In this document: positions 13,990 through 28,679 of the stretch, one piece after another
Numbering within the stretch: position 1 is the first letter of the stretch
Layout of the letters: every line of letters starts with the position of its first letter
NCBI RefSeq assembly: GCF_009914755.1
Contig: NC_060939.1
Strand: one strand, 5' to 3'
Source of the DNA: the human T2T-CHM13v2.0 reference genome, Homo sapiens
DNA: 64,000 bases
The notes under the pieces: model-generated
Databases searched by the model: none
Told to the model about the DNA's origin: nothing
What the model saw: only the letters and a program-made list of their open reading frames with translations
Position numbers and translations under genes: made by a program

Positions 13990-14690
13990 CAATCCATGCC
14001 CTCAAGGAATTTACAGTGTCTTTGGAAAAAAGCACACATCTAGGCACACATACAAGGCAGCAAGAGGAAACTAACCCATTTGTAAGCTCTGTATAGAGGG
14101 CCTGGTAGGTAGGAGCATCTTCAGCTTCAGTCCAGGGGAGGGACCCCCAATTATGGAGAGGAAGTTAAGTTGGAATCTGAATGAAATCTGATTCTCAATG
14201 GGGGAACACCTTACCTAGCAGGTCAAAGGAGGTGGGGGTGCACTCAAAGTGTTTTGAAACAATTGAGTCAGTTTTTAGGCACGGAATTGGAAGGTGTGCA
14301 GAAGAAAGTGGGGTACAGAGCAGGAGGGAGCAGAGGCCTCGGAGGGTCTGGTCCTCCACCTCAGGTCACAGAGTTAGGACTTGTGGGCAACGGGAAGCTG
14401 TGGGAGGTTCTGTGAGCTGGGGAGCCCCAGGTGCTCCACGGTGAGGGGAGAATGGAAAGGACAAGAAGGCTGGAGCCTGGAAACAGGGAGGCCAGTCAGG
14501 AATCTGTGCAGACACCCCAGTGCCTGGCCCCCCACATCTGGCTGATCTGAAGGCCATGACATGAGAGTGCATGTGTGGGTGGACAACCCCCTGCAGAGGC
14601 TGGGGGAAGGATGTGTTGAGTGTGCTGGGGTCAAAGGTGACATTCAAGTTTCTGGTTTGGGAGAACTGGGCCCCATGACACAGTGAGGGT
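13990..14690 (-). mobile_element. L2 fragments
   Basis: tgccctcaaggaatttacagt... resembles the antisense L2 3' region; approximate. Confidence 0.5.
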
Positions 14691-15428
14691 CAGACATTAT
14701 TTGAGAGCACAGTCAAAAGAAATCCTTTACTGGAGCCCTGGGCCACGGCATTATAGGAAAATTCTTCATCCTTGACGGACTAGCACAGAAATCCCACCCA
14801 AGGGATGAATCTGCTTCTTTACTTATTTTTTCCTCCTCCCAACTCTTCCTCCTCTCTTCGGGCATCACAGAACTTGCCTCTGGAGCTCGGGCATCATTCT
14901 GCACTGCAAAATACTATTATTTCTCTCAGTTGACAGATTTGCAAGCAACCACCCCACATGCCTAGTGGCTTAGGCAGAGGTGGATCCACGCCTGACACAG
15001 CAGGGTCCGGTAGCTCACGGGGCACAGGGGAGGGGTGCTGCCTGGAGCCCCACTGGGCCCTGAACTGACTTGTCCTTGGGAAACAGCAAGGCCATTTCTC
15101 TTTCTGTAAGTATCAGCAGGAAGCCCCGCAGCTTCACTTCCTTGTGCTTCAAGCTGTCCTCCTTGATCAGTAGGTTGCTGAGAGCAACAGGGACCTCTGC
15201 AACAAAGTGTGTTATGCTCTGGAATGAGGCCAATCCTATTTCCCCATGGTCTGATCCTCTGCCTACTCTTGTTCCTCTCAACACACAAAACAAAGTCTTC
15301 TTTTGCTTACAGATCAAGGAACCACTCTTGGTGATCAGGTTTTCCTCTGAGGTGTCATTTCTAATCACACTGAACGGCGGAAGGTCCTTGGGTTTCTTTC
15401 CTGCTTTGTGTCTGCAGCATCTCAAAGC

Positions 15429-15464
15429 CCTCTGCCTCTGCCTCTGCCTCTGCCTCTGCCTCTG
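15429..15464. repeat. (CCTCTG)6 hexamer microsatellite
   Basis: Read directly. Confidence 0.95.
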
Positions 15465-17479
15465 GAATAGCGTTTGCGGTGGGCACTTGGGACTTCTCTC
15501 CCAGCATTCTGGACCCCGGTACCACCTATGTGGGAGAGGAGGCTTTGTAGCAGTCAGCAAGGGTGGAAGCAGGTAGGGGCTGCTCCAAGCGATGATCTGA
15601 GAGGGGAAGTCCAGCCCAACCTCAGGGGGCTCTCCCCGCAGCCCAGCACATGTTCATTGGAGGGTAAAGTATTCTGTAGTAAGTCCTGCTGTCTTTCCTG
15701 CTGTACTTTGGCCTTAAGGCAAACCTCAGGTCTCCAAAGATAAGCCGCCCTCTGGTGATACTGGGTCTCAAGTCCTTCATGCCTAGGACTTCAGGGTTAA
15801 AATCTTCCTTTGCTCCATCAGGGGCTGGCAGGCAGGGCAAGCAGCCCTAGCCACAGAAGTCACCTTAGGCTGAGCCCGACTAGTCTCAGGGATAACCACC
15901 CCAGGCTACACCAGCTGTGAATGCTCGCTAGACCTAGCCTCATAAAGGCAGGGCAAAAAAAAAAAAACTAACAAAGCTCACATCCCCCTCACCCCACCCC
16001 CTGCAACCATAGTCGTCTCAGATCTAAAATGAGGTCTTTGGACTCCAGTGGGCTGTACATGACCCTCCAGCACTAGCAGTCCCACATTTTCCAGGGCCTT
16101 GTCAGCTGTTCCTTCTTCACCCCAATTCAATTTGTCCTGCCTCCTAAATATCAAGAAGGCAAGGAGGAGGCCACACAAAGAAGCCCAGCTCCATGTCCTG
16201 ATGATCGCATCAAAATTGTGGTCACGTTTGCCAGAATAGAGGCTACGCGATGGCGCTAGAAGCCCTCCCACTCTGAGAGCACTTTTCATTCCCTAAACTT
16301 CAATTGAATGCATCTGGTGGGTACCTAGTACCAGCCCAGTGGATGCAACGTGGACACACCCACCCCCAGACACTCACAGCTCCGTAGAAGGAACAGGCTC
16401 TAAATTAGGTAGCCTTCACTGAAGAACTGGGGCCAGACCCAAGCCCCCGTGCTCTCCCACAGTAGCATGGGATGAAGGATTTTAAATCCACCGTGGGGCA
16501 AGGAAGGTTATGATGTTCCTCCTTGCTCAACTTGATAGTGTCTACACCCCGTTTGCTTTTATTTTATGCTTTGGAGCTTTCTCTGTTTTTGTTGTTGCTA
16601 TTGTTTGAGGGTTTTTGTTTGCTTGTTTGTTTTGCTGTTTTTGGTGTGGAGGTGAATGGAATCTTTTGATTTTATGAAACTTTTAAAAATTTGGCTGATG
16701 TACACTTATTCTTCCTTCCTGGAACTGAGGTCAGGGGATTAGCCACCCCAGTCCATTTCCTGATGGGCACGTGGGATCCCAGCTCCAGGTGAAAGGGGCC
16801 GCCTTATCTGAGCAGCCCTTTCCTGGGGGTAGAGATGACGGGGCTCTCTGCACCGTGGAGACTGGGGGAAGACCTGAGAGACAGTGGCAGAAATGTCCAC
16901 CCATTGGGGCCAGCGTGCACTCCAGGCTCTCCTAAGAAAGTGTTCATTTCTCCTTTTTTCTTTGCCCTCCTCCTCTGCAGCCAGCTTCCCTCCCAACAGA
17001 ATACCAATACCAACCCAACTTTTTGGGCGACATTTTTAAGCCACAGCAACTGCTCATCTCACTCACCCTAACCTTCCTGCAGCCTGGGAGACCCTCACCT
17101 TTCTTCCTTTCTATCCACCTGTCCCAGTCATCTTGACAAAGAAGGCATAGAAACACTGGAGTCTAAAATGAACATGATATGTGTCAGCTGGAGGACCAAT
17201 GTGGCAGTTCTTCCCACAGATGGACTTTTAACTTTGAGCATGTGCCAGCCTGAGCAGCCCAATGACCTAAAATATAATGGCCTCTCACAGCTCCCAGACA
17301 TCACCTCACCAGCTGCTGTGGTCAGGATCTCTGTCCTTCCGCTGTGAGGTGAACCAGGCCCTCTTCCTGCCTGGTCCCAACCTTTGATGCCATATCCCTC
17401 CCAACCTTGCAACCTAAAAGGCTGACAGGTAGTTCTTTCCCCGAAATCTTACACACATTGACACACACTTCAGTCTCTT

Positions 17480-17640
17480 GTGCGTTAGTGAGGATAAAGT
17501 GATGAGCAAACAGACAGGATCCCTGTCCTCAGGAAACTAATAGTCTGGAGGGATGAGACAGACATTAATCAAGTAATCACCCAAAGCGGTATTAATTATG
17601 ATAAGTGCTGGGAGGAAAATGCCCATGGTGATCTGAGATA
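17480..17640 (-). mobile_element. L2 3' fragment
   Basis: gagcaaacagacaggatccctgtcctcaggaaactaatagtctgg...gacattaatcaagtaatcac. Confidence 0.7.
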
Positions 17641-20600
17641 TTCCAGATCTCTAGAAGAAACTAGAGAAAGGGGCTCCAGAAAATTCTAGTTCTCTCTTTT
17701 CCAGCTGAATGTGATTCCTCAACAGCTGTGCTGGTTGGTGAATGATGGTTTCTTCCCAGCTGCCTTCCAAAACATGAGATAATGGGGATCTCCTGCAAGT
17801 AACATTCAGGTTTACTCCATCCAAAAGCAGCCTTTAGGGTTGGGATGGTAACTGGGGTTTCCTGTGTCCCAAGACCGCTTCAAGATCCCACATCTGTGGC
17901 CTCCAGGCTAATGGGAAACGGAGCAACCACATGACAAGAACATCCAACAACCTTGCAGATGCAGAAAGCTTGGGTCCCTCGATTTTTATTCCATTTTTGG
18001 CCCTTCTCTGCCCTACATTTCTATGGCTTATTTTTGAAAAGGCCTAGCTGACTTTGACCCTAATTCTAAAAACTTTACTCACATTTTACCTGCCCCTGGC
18101 CCTTTACTAAGCTGGCTTGTGTCTTCTTCCCAGGCCTTCCTCTCTAAGTAGGAGGTGCTCAGAAATCCCTCCAGAGAGTTGAGGTCCAAAATGGTGTCCA
18201 ATTTACAGCTTGTACACCCCTGTGACTGTACAACTAGAATTATTCCTACCTAATCTAAGGTTAATTTAGAACAAGAAGGCAATGCTCCCTGGGGTAGATC
18301 TAAGTGGGCATTTGCCCTGATATCCCCCAGCAGAATCTGTTGTGCAGCTTACCTGGGCCCCGGTCAGCTCACCACTCAGGATGCACTAAGCTCATCCATC
18401 TGAACGAAGCTGTCCTTCGTTCTTGCTGAACATCCTTTCTCCAGCGAAGGCCCTTGAGAAGTTCCTCATTGGACCAGGAAGTTTGACTTCCAGGAATTTA
18501 ATATAAGGCCCGATTTGCTTTGCCCTTCTCTGGCAGATTGGACTCCCGTGCGAAGACTGTGTTGATGCTTTCAAATGTCACAGGGAAAGAGGCCTGCATT
18601 CCAACAGCTTCTGTCTCCTTGTTGGGTCTCGCTGCCACATGGTGTTGCTGTTGAACACACACAACCCTGTGCAGTCCCCTGGACTCCTGCTCATCCAGCA
18701 GTGACGATTTTGCATGGCCCTGTGCAGGCCACAGGCTTCAAAGGAAGATGGTATTTTGACTTCCATGGCATTAAACTCAATACATGGTGCTCCCTTGAGC
18801 ACACACACACACAGTTACTATTTCCAAAGCACATCCAGTATGCCTGTGTCACCAGGTTAGGGGGTTGCATCCATCTTTACCACATTTTGTACTAGAATCC
18901 CACCCTTTCATCCAACTTACACCTTCCTTGTACAGTAAGCCTGGGTCACCAGTCTTTTCTCAAGCTGTTATTTTGTGCCTTAATCTGGTCCACTCTTATC
19001 CATTCCAAAAGACTTTGGACCATTGGACACCAGGACCTAGGGGCTGGAGTCTTTCCCAGAAGACACTAGCTCCTATGTAAGTAGGCCCACCTCCTCATAT
19101 AATTAGCTTTGCATTCAGGAGATTCAGGGCAAGTCTCAGAAGGTTCTGGAGCACTTTAAATCCATAAAATATAATGAGTGCTTACTCTGTTTCTGCATAA
19201 CTAAGAGGGATGCTCAAGTGGGTTTTTCAAGGGAAGAAATTAGCTTATCTCAATTTAAAAATAAAATAAAATAAAACTGAAGTCAGCTATATTTACATTC
19301 CTTCTGTATGTTTGGTCCATTCTGTCTGCTTGGGGCCTGTGGTCTCCCTTTAGAGATCTTTTATTTACTCTGTATGTTCCATTAAAGAGTTTATTGCCTA
19401 AGCCAAAATTCTGAGATTTTTTTTTAACATAGGCAATGGGGCCCTCCATATTTGTAGTTGAAAAAGGACAATACTTTCCCATGGGCTGTTCTCCTGGAAA
19501 CAGATTCTTAATGGAAACAAAAACCCTCAACCCTTGTATTCATGTACAGTATTGATAACATTCAATGCGGTACATGGCATAAATCTGAAAAAAACCAACC
19601 TCATTTCTACTCTGGGGCCACGATCATAGATTATATCCCATCTGGCTCCATTTCTCACTCTTTTTTAGGTGTTTGCAATAGTTGATTTGGATGATGAGGA
19701 AACTAAGTATGCCAAGCCGCAGTGGCCCTGTGTTGATTTGTCACAGACCCTCGACAGCAATCTCCAGGAAACAGTGAGGGGCAGGATTTTTTCTCTTGCT
19801 ACCTAGCAAGTGATTGTGCCTTCTAATTAAACTTCTTGTGGCTGTTTCATAAGAACTCGAGTCCTAACCCCCTCCCCCACACCCCCAAAAATATTCCTGG
19901 TCAAAGAGTACCATGTCTTATCACAGTATTAATTATAAAAATCTCTTTGCCGTAAATAAACTTCAGATAAAATAAATCCTTGCTGGAGGACCAGAGTTTG
20001 TCCTGCAGACCCAGGGAGGAGAGTTGCACTGGGGAGAAGGAGAGATGGGGAGCAGGTAAATTACAGCTTTCACTTTTTATTATGTAGAGTCTCGTATTTA
20101 ACATTTTTATAGTAAGCAGCTATTTTCATGCTTTTATAATTCTAAATTTTTTTAACTTTTAATGCCATTTCTTTCTTGATTACATCCAGTTATAGCTGTC
20201 TGGAGCTAATGTTGTATACGAGAACCAAGGATTTAAGTGTAGTGGTCTTAAGGACAATTGGCTTACTGTTTATTACTCCAAAGATAAATCTTTTAGGAAT
20301 AACATGAGGCTGTAGCTTGCATTGAGTTTTGACTCCCATTGACAAGAAATGCTTTGAAATGTACTAAGATCAGTTCAGACCCCTGTATTGATGTATTCAG
20401 GAAGCCCATACTTTAACATCAAAGCAAAGGACATCAAAACTGTCTTTTATCAGATAAGATTTTCCAGTGGGGGTGAATAGGAGCATAGTCTAACACCCAT
20501 TCATATTTGTTAGTGATTTGGAACCACTTTTAGATGAGCCAGATACAGTATAGATCCCCCATCACAGAGAAGTAGGGAGAGCTGAGTTCTGTTCTATGCA

Positions 20601-22299
20601 GATAACATGATTTCGTTGCCATAAATTAGAAATACTTTGATAGACAACTGGCCCTACTTCCAATCAGCTATTTTGAATTCTGGCCCCATAACTAATAGCC
20701 CTACACAGCATGTCAACACTTTTATTTACTGCAGTGACATTTTGAAAACATGTCTTTCTTTGAAGGATACAGGAAACTACTTTGCTCAAAGTTAATTGAG
20801 CATCTTATAATGATTTTCTGAAATGTGTTTGTAGGCTAAGAGGACATCTGGTTACACCTGTTCTCAGCATGATTCAGGCGAGAAGAAAAACCACTGTCAG
20901 CAGATACGTTTTAAAATGAGATATTGTGTTTTGTTTGGAAGAATCAAATAAAAAATTTAAACAGATTAAATTTAACCACACGTCACAGAAATGACTGAAG
21001 AATAGATCAAAGCTGCTTTCATAGTATAATATTTTTAATCGTGTGAGTTTTTGCACCAAAAAAAAACTGACATATTTTTATAATCTTTGTGGGGTTTTTT
21101 AACAGTAAGAATGATCGTGTGCGTTCCACATTTCCACATGTAACACGCTGCGCAAAGGAAGGCTTTTATTCCCACCTCCCTGAAATGCGCGTGTGCATTT
21201 TCCTTTTGAACACTGGTTTTTGAGGTACTGGAGACCTCTTGATGTAAGAGTTCTCCAAAATGTTCTTCAAACTAAGGCTTTTCATTAGATGAATGGAACT
21301 TGGAGATCTGGCAAGGATTATGCTGCAGCAAACCCATAGAATTATTTTCATGTCTGTGCTCTGCATTAACTTGTAATTCAACATCAGGATTACCTTTGCT
21401 TCTTATTTTTAACTAATGAGTCTGTTATGGGTCCAAAGCAAATAACAGAGGATGAGAGAAAAGAGTTCAAAGTGTTTAATGGTCAGAAGGCATCATGGCA
21501 ACTGTCGCAATGGACTGAGAGCTAAGCCCCTGCGTGACTTGGCTCCTGAAGATGCTCACTGGGTGTTCTCCAGCTATACCCCTGCAGGTGCAGTCAATAC
21601 ACGCACAGAGCATCCACACTTTTCTTTCAAGGAGGATTGTCTAAAAATGCCTACTGAAGATTTTTTAAGTTAGATATTTACCTCCATTAATTCCTCCACG
21701 TGCCTCTCAGCGTTCATAAATCAACAGCTGAAAGATGTCTCCTAGAGTGCTAGGAAGGTACTAGGATGAGGACTTTGAAAGTTTCAAAGGGGCTTGTTTG
21801 GCATTGCTTTTTGTTGATTGGCTTGTTTAGGGGAAAATGTTGGCCCTGGCTGCTTCTGTGTGCTTTCTCAATTCCCTGTTCTTTCGACTTACGACCTCAT
21901 TTCCTAAAGTTCAGGCCAACTCCGGCTGCACTGCATGTTAAAGCACCAGGGAATAAGAGCATCATGGACTAGTACTCCTGGGATTCATCAGGGACAATAA
22001 ACTCACCCTAGCAAGAAAAGTGTGGGCATGCTCCTGACATACAGGACATCCTATTCATTTGGCACTCCCAAGATGACGTTGTTCAAGCTTTTGAAACCCA
22101 TTGTTCATTTTGATTAACACAAAAATAACATACTACCCTTTGAAGTTTTTTGAAATTTCAAAATAAATTCAACCCATAACTCAGAAACAATTAAGGTAAC
22201 AGGACTACACACTGACGACTTCTCAAACTCTACAATAGAAAGAAGGAAACAAAATGTTTGTTACTTACAGACTACATTATGATTATGCACCAAGATAAT

Positions 22300-23465
22300 A
22301 TAAAAGTACTGACTGTAAAATTCTTAGTATTCATAAAAATTAGGGAAGGGGTCAGATACAAGATAAAAATACAAAAATCTCCAAAATAAATACTGTTTCT
22401 ATTCTAACAACAAGCAGAAAATATAGGGAGAAAAATGCATTCTTAAGAGTATTGGAAAAAAATATAAAGAACACTAATAAGAAATATCCAAGACCTATAT
22501 TAAAAATGCAAACTTTTTACACAGATTAATTAAAGAGAATAGTCAATAGAGAGACATAACCTTGGGTTGCCATAATGAATGCAGCAATGCTATTAATCCT
22601 TGTTGTTAATCCTTGTAATTTTTCGGTGAAATGCAATCTGAATTAAATCCCAGTGGAATCTTTTTTTTTTCTTTGAATTTGATGAAAGTCCATCTGGAAG
22701 GGAAAAAAAGGATGAGAAGAGTTAAGAACTGCTTAAAGAATATCAAGGAGATACTGTCCCTAAGAGATATCTAACTGTATTATTCTTGATACAATAATTA
22801 AAACAGTGTGGTGCTGGTGGTACAAGATTCTGTAGATCATCCAATGAAGTAGAAACAGATAGTCCTGAGATCTATCATACATATTTTAAAAATTTAAATC
22901 TCAGAAAGGAATCACCAGGAAGAAATGGTTAATGGTTAAATTATCTAAAAGTAAAATTGGAAAATGTGGCTAAAAGGGGGGAAAATAATCAAGTTTGATC
23001 CCTCCCTCATACACTGAAATAAAACCCCAGTGTATTAAATGTAAAAAAAAGAATCCAAAAGTATCTAGAATAAAATACTGGCATATATTTAACTAGAGCC
23101 TGGATGAGCAAGAATTTTCTGAACATGAAGTAAATAAAAGTGATCTTAACAGAAGAGTGAGTTATTCTAAAACATCCAAACATCCTACATAAAATATAAA
23201 GAGAAGTGATAAATTGGTTAAAATATGAAAGAGAATGGAGAAAGAGTTAACAGGCTTAATGCCGCAAATCCTCTTAAAACATCAATAAAGAAAACAATCA
23301 CGGGCAAACAGAGAACCCAGGCACACAATTCTTAGAAGTACAAGTATGTAACAAAATTCATGAGAAATGTTTGACATCAAGGTTAATCAGAAGAATGAAA
23401 ACCAGCAAAATTAGACCATTTTCACAGTTCATAATTATATGTTTTAATTATATTTCCTGTTTATC
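22300..23465 (+). mobile_element. Old L1 (L1M/L1ME) ORF2-3' remnant, resuming at ~23840-24250
   Basis: A-rich, with taattaaaacagtgtggtgctgg and tttgatccctccctcatac L1 motifs. Confidence 0.8.
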
Positions 23466-23469
23466 AGGT

Positions 23470-23835
23470 GAAGTGGGGTGGGCATGGGAGAGCAAGGGCT
23501 ATAGTTCTGGTCTGTTTTGAGAGAATCTGCCCCTGGGAAGCAGAGTTGACTGACAGCTCCAGCTATCCACCTCTTGGTGACCCCCCGCCAAAGCTTCAAC
23601 ATGACCAGGGTCCTCATAGCAGCCCACTCCTGCCTGTCACAGAATGGCCACCAGGCTTTGGTTTGGAGACTCCCTATCCCCTGCCCAAAGCTTTTAGAAT
23701 CACACAGCAGTGGGAGACCCTTCCACAGGATCCTTTCCTTTCTTGCCTGCAGAAATGAGGGTCTGAGGCGCTCCTGCTAGTCCTGCCTCATCTCTCTTCA
23801 TCTTTCACTGGCATTTCTCCCTAATTCCATTGCGT
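23470..23835 (+). mobile_element. Old ERVL-type LTR fragment (LTR16/LTR33-like) interrupting the L1
   Basis: Abrupt GC shift within the L1; ccctgggaagcagag..gacagctccagc and ctttcactggcatttctccc motifs. Confidence 0.4.
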
Positions 23836-26224
23836 TGTGCTGATGGGATTCATGCACCCTCATATGCTGCTAAGGAAAATGTAAATGAGCACAACGTTTC
23901 TGGAAACTAAGTGATTGAATTATGACACTCCCTCATTCAATTGAATATTGGTGTGGTCAGTAAATATCAGGTTTGGGAAGAGCCCCAGCGAGGAAATTTC
24001 TCACATTATAGTCTTCAATGGATAAAGCAAGAAGCAAAACTACATCAATAACATGACATCAGCTTTAAAAACTATCACATGTAATAGACAGATCCACAGA
24101 AAAAAGAAGGGCAGCAAATTCACCAAGATTTATAGGACAGCTCCCTCCAAGGGTGCAACTGTGAATAATTTTTATGCTTCTGCTTATACTTTTCTGTATT
24201 TTCCACATTCTCTGCAAAAAAAAAGTATAAATTATTTCATAATCAGAAGATGTTGCTTTCAAAAAGTAAGATTAAACATAAGCCAAAACAAGAGGTAGCA
24301 AGAGTCCAGTGTGGGCCGAGCGGAAAGCGGGGCATTGAGGTGAAAGGAGGAGCCGTGCCTACCGGGGGAACTGGATATGCACAGGGCATGATCTGAACTG
24401 TCAGCGAAAATGAGGGCTTGTGAGAAAAATAGCAGGAAGTCCTAACAGAGAGCTTCAGGTCAGAACAGCAAAGAGCCTTCAGTGCCAAACTCACCGTGAC
24501 AACCACCGAAGGTGGTTCTTTAGCGTCGTCAGTTGACCAACACTGCTTTCCCCATAGCTTTCCTCTGAATTCCCACATTAAAATATTCATCTAGAGAAAG
24601 GACCCACGCCCAAACCAGCCAGAAATACTTTGGATCTCAATGGCCGTGTTCGCTTGAACCTAATTCAGTGGGACAGCAGCTGTCTGGGAGACAGCCTCGG
24701 GCCGGAGCCAGCAGAAACACGGCCGCAGCACTGTCCTCACCTTCTAGACAGGGAGGTCAGACTTCCCCGGAAGAGGCTATTTCTCTGGATTTGTTTTTCC
24801 TCTGTTGCTTAATTTGTTTTTTCAGTTGTAAAAGAAGACATTTGGGAAAGATTCCATTTGCTTAAATTACACGCTGGTCACGCCTTCCAAGAACGTGACT
24901 CTGGATACTCGGCACATCGAGGGGTGCCCCTGTGTTGCCACTTTCTGGGATGTGCGGTGACCCTAAGATGTATTTTGAAGGTGGGGAGTCATGATAAGCA
25001 GAGTCAGCATAGATGCATTCCTGGGGTGCTAACCCCTCGAGAACTCTTTCTGGTAAAAGCACACCTGCTTCCCTCTCACATGGACAAGTGGGGCAGGGAC
25101 CCATGACTCCCCATCAGTTCTTGAGAGAAGAGTGGCTGGGAATAGTTCCCATCTCCCCTTCTTCCGGTGAACACTGGGCCTGGAGAGACCTCTTCAGTTC
25201 AACCATGGGCAAAGACACAAGCAAAAATGAGAACAGAACACAAATCCCCGCCCCGACCTCGAAAAGCTGGAAGAACGTGCTTTTGGAAATGACCTTGAGC
25301 AATGTTTCTTAGCCATGTTTGAGCTTGTAGCTTGGGCAAATTATGACAGTTGATCTTCTAAAGAGGTTTCCATTTGGAAAAAATAATAACAAAGCCCTGG
25401 AATGCCTATGCTCAGAAGCCTACCAGTGCCACTGGGCTCCCTTGTTGTGCCTTTTTGGCTCTTAGGGAATCCTGCAGAGCCCACCTCCCTTGAGGACCTG
25501 CCTTTGTCTGCTCCTCTTTGCTTTTTACTCTTGTGTCTTATAACAAGCGACACCTGTCACTCTGAGACATAAACCATGTGAGGCCATGTGACCAAAGGTC
25601 CCACCTGGAGGAAACTTCCCTCCCCCTAGAGACACTATTCGCTGTCCAGGTAGGGCCTTCCTGGGCCACTGTGGATCTGACCTATCAGGAAGAGGGTCCC
25701 ACAGTCCCCAAAGGCTGCCTGTTCCAATCTCCTTCCCTGCTAGGGACAAGGCAAAGAGAGAGAAGGAGGCCTGGGAAAGGGAGGGAGAGCAGGAGGGAGG
25801 TGGGCCAACCTCTCCTCTCCTCCTTTCTTTCAAGTATGAGTAGCAGGGCTATCTTCTTCCAGTCTATGCATCTTGGAAATTACAGGAGTTCTAGGGATAA
25901 ATAAAAGCCCTTGGTACGTCATTCACTTTTACAACTAACCACTGAAGTCCTTTAAATTCAAGTTCTTAAAGGGCAGCCCTTCCCATCCAGGTACTTTTGG
26001 CAGGGCCTGCTGCAAGAAGTATTCAAAGCACAAGGCTTATGGTGGTCTCTCAGGTCCCAAAAGGCTGAGTCAAAGGCCCTTAAATCCTCAGGGAGGTGGG
26101 GAGACTACGTTTAGCTCAGGAGGCAGAAAAGTTCAACCCGTTCTTTGGGACCTTCCTCCCCACTCCCATTCTGTGCTCCACCCTCATTCCCTGAATACTT
26201 GGAATCAGCTGAGATGCTGTAATA

Positions 26225-26462
26225 GAACCACTTAGACGCTTTTTTTAACCAGGACCACAATAAGAAATACATCTTATGTGGGTACGCGTTGCACCTATTG
26301 GTGTACCTAGAGAGGAAATGTAAGTTTCACCAAACAATACTTACCCTGCTATGTGCCAGGCGTGCTGAAATTGTCTGTTCTCCTTTTATTCTCAATGGTG
26401 CAAGGCCTACTAAATTATTTCATACCTCACAGCTGGGTGGCAAGGAGAAATCTAAAAAGCAC
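26225..26462 (+). mobile_element. hAT-Charlie-type DNA transposon remnant (same family as 12395-12660)
   Basis: accacaataagaaatacat...aaacaatacttaccct...ctactaaattatttcatacc. Confidence 0.55.
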
Positions 26463-28679
26463 CCCCTTGGGAGATGGGTGGTGTCCCTGGGGCCCTCGGG
26501 CACTCTGTCAGCCTCTTCTTAGGTGTTAGAAATGGCCAGAACTAAGACATGTCATGATGGACTTGACTTCCTTCCCCGTTTCTCTATGGTGTGTCACAGT
26601 AAACACCCAGGGCTCTGGCAGAGCTGCTGCCAGGGAAGAGGGATCCCACACTGGAAAATGTGCTGCTGGAACTTGGGCCGTAAGAAAGGCACAAGTTGAA
26701 CGGTCTCAGCAGAGAGTTCACGCTACAGAGGTCTCCAGAGTCTCACTTGCGCTTCTTCAGAATCTCACTTGTGCTTCTCCAGCGCTCACCCTGATTACCC
26801 CCTGTCAGTTCTCAGGTTGAGGGGGCAAAATCTCATAGCCCACCGGGATGGGGGGTGCCTGTAGGAAAGACATTAGGAGAGGAGGGAATTTCCCAGGGAA
26901 CCTGCTATGAGGCATGCGGCTTGTTTCCCTATTTCCTATCCAGGTCTGTAGTCAATTTGCACAGTAGAACTGTCTTTTCTAAGCCTTCGCCTTGCCCCGC
27001 ATCATCCTCCCTGCTGAAGAAACACTTTACACCTCATAAAACAATTGCTCAGGAATTCTGGGCTCCCAGAGAGACCCTGAGTTTCAAATAGAGATGAGCT
27101 TGGCACTCACTCCATGAATGACTGGAGTGTAGGGGCAGCTGGGAGTCCTTTAAGTTCCAGCTTGAAGAGAGTGAGCCGGAGCTCATCTCACACTCGTTCA
27201 CCTCAGACACAAGAAATGAATGATGCCCTCTCCCCATCCCACCCTTTACTCTCTCTGGGCAAGAAGCACTGTCTGCAAGGCCCCTGGGGGGAAGAAGCAG
27301 GGAAAGTAGGTGAGGTGGCCCAAAGCCCTCCACAAGTCCTGCTTTCCTCGCTTGGCCTTGCTCCCCCATCTCCTTGGGAAGCTGTTGTCCTATCCATTGA
27401 GCTGAGTGTTTCCAGTAAGAACACTGTCAGCCTCTAGCAGCATCCCTCCAACTGCCAGCACCCTGCCATTGCCCAGACAGTCTAAGGCCCCAGGGTGTGG
27501 CCAATTCAGATATGATCCAGCTACGGTGGGGTTCACTGATGCTGAGTGTAGTTGGGAGCCCTTCCTCTTGTTGTTCTCTCCTGCTGCTGAGTCTCCTCTT
27601 CTGCTCCTAGCCACCAGTAAGAGAGGTTTTATCAATCCCCACCGTCCAACAATTACATTCATCTGCATCTCCGGCTCAAGTCACTGCAGAGTCTCCCAGA
27701 TTCTCACAAGACTGCCATTGTCCAGAAATGTGTACAGAATGCTCACTGCACCACGTTCAAGCCTGAGAAAGTCCCAAATGCTCAAGGAGTATACAACATC
27801 ACAGAGAAGACATGATTAATATTGAACAAACATATGCAATAATCCAGGCAATGGATAAGTGCCCACAAGTGACCTAGAGAGAGGGTGAGATGACTGGGGT
27901 GGTCTGCACAAGGTGAAATAAGAGCTCAAGGGCAGTGGCAGGACATGAGAGTCCAAACACAATCAACAGATACCAGCGAGTCAGGACTGCAGGGTTTGCC
28001 TGAGAAAGTTATAGTGGGGGTATGGAGAGGGTGTGTAGAAATGGGATGGATGGGAGAAGTTAAGCCAACCAAGCTTAAAAGAAAGCCTATTCAGGAGGTA
28101 GGCAATTAGGACGTGGAAAAGCCTTCTAAAGTCACGTGTGGGTTGATGTTGGCTTGTCTCCAGAATGACAAAAAGTAGTTATCCTTCTAGAAATGCAACC
28201 ACAGCCAACTGGAAGCAGCATTTATGATTCAAGCAGTAACTGTGGTTTTTAGAGATCCTGTAACATCATCAGTGACGTAGCCCCTTCTGTGAGGCACAAT
28301 CTCAGCCTCACAGGGCCACAAAGAACAAGTTTCCCCATGCAGGCAGCTTCTCTGGATTTATTTTCTCCTTCTTCTGTATCATCATTTTTTATCAAGTGGC
28401 AAAGAATGTATTTGAAAGAAGAGACCCTTCCTGCTTTCCTTCCACTGATTGATGCTTAGTATTCCTAGATCAGAAAGTCAGCCGAGATACATGATGGGGG
28501 CAGGGAGCAATCCAGCAGGAAGGCCAGGGCTTATCCTGGTTGGCCACTGGATGCGTTCACAATTAAGGTCTCTTCCAAATCCAAGAACCTGAGTCTCTCT
28601 ACTTCCACCCAAATTTTCCTCCATTTCCAAGGTGGCTAGGTACACTCCCCCACTTCCCAGTCAGGATGTTTGAGTGTGT

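Noticed and set aside
15015-15576. 181-aa and 168-aa antiparallel ORFs
   Set aside because: Partly driven by the (CCTCTG)6 repeat; no homology recognised.
20170-20280. Possible tRNA-derived ancient SINE or tRNA-like sequence
   Set aside because: Similarity too weak; no cloverleaf or clear A/B boxes.
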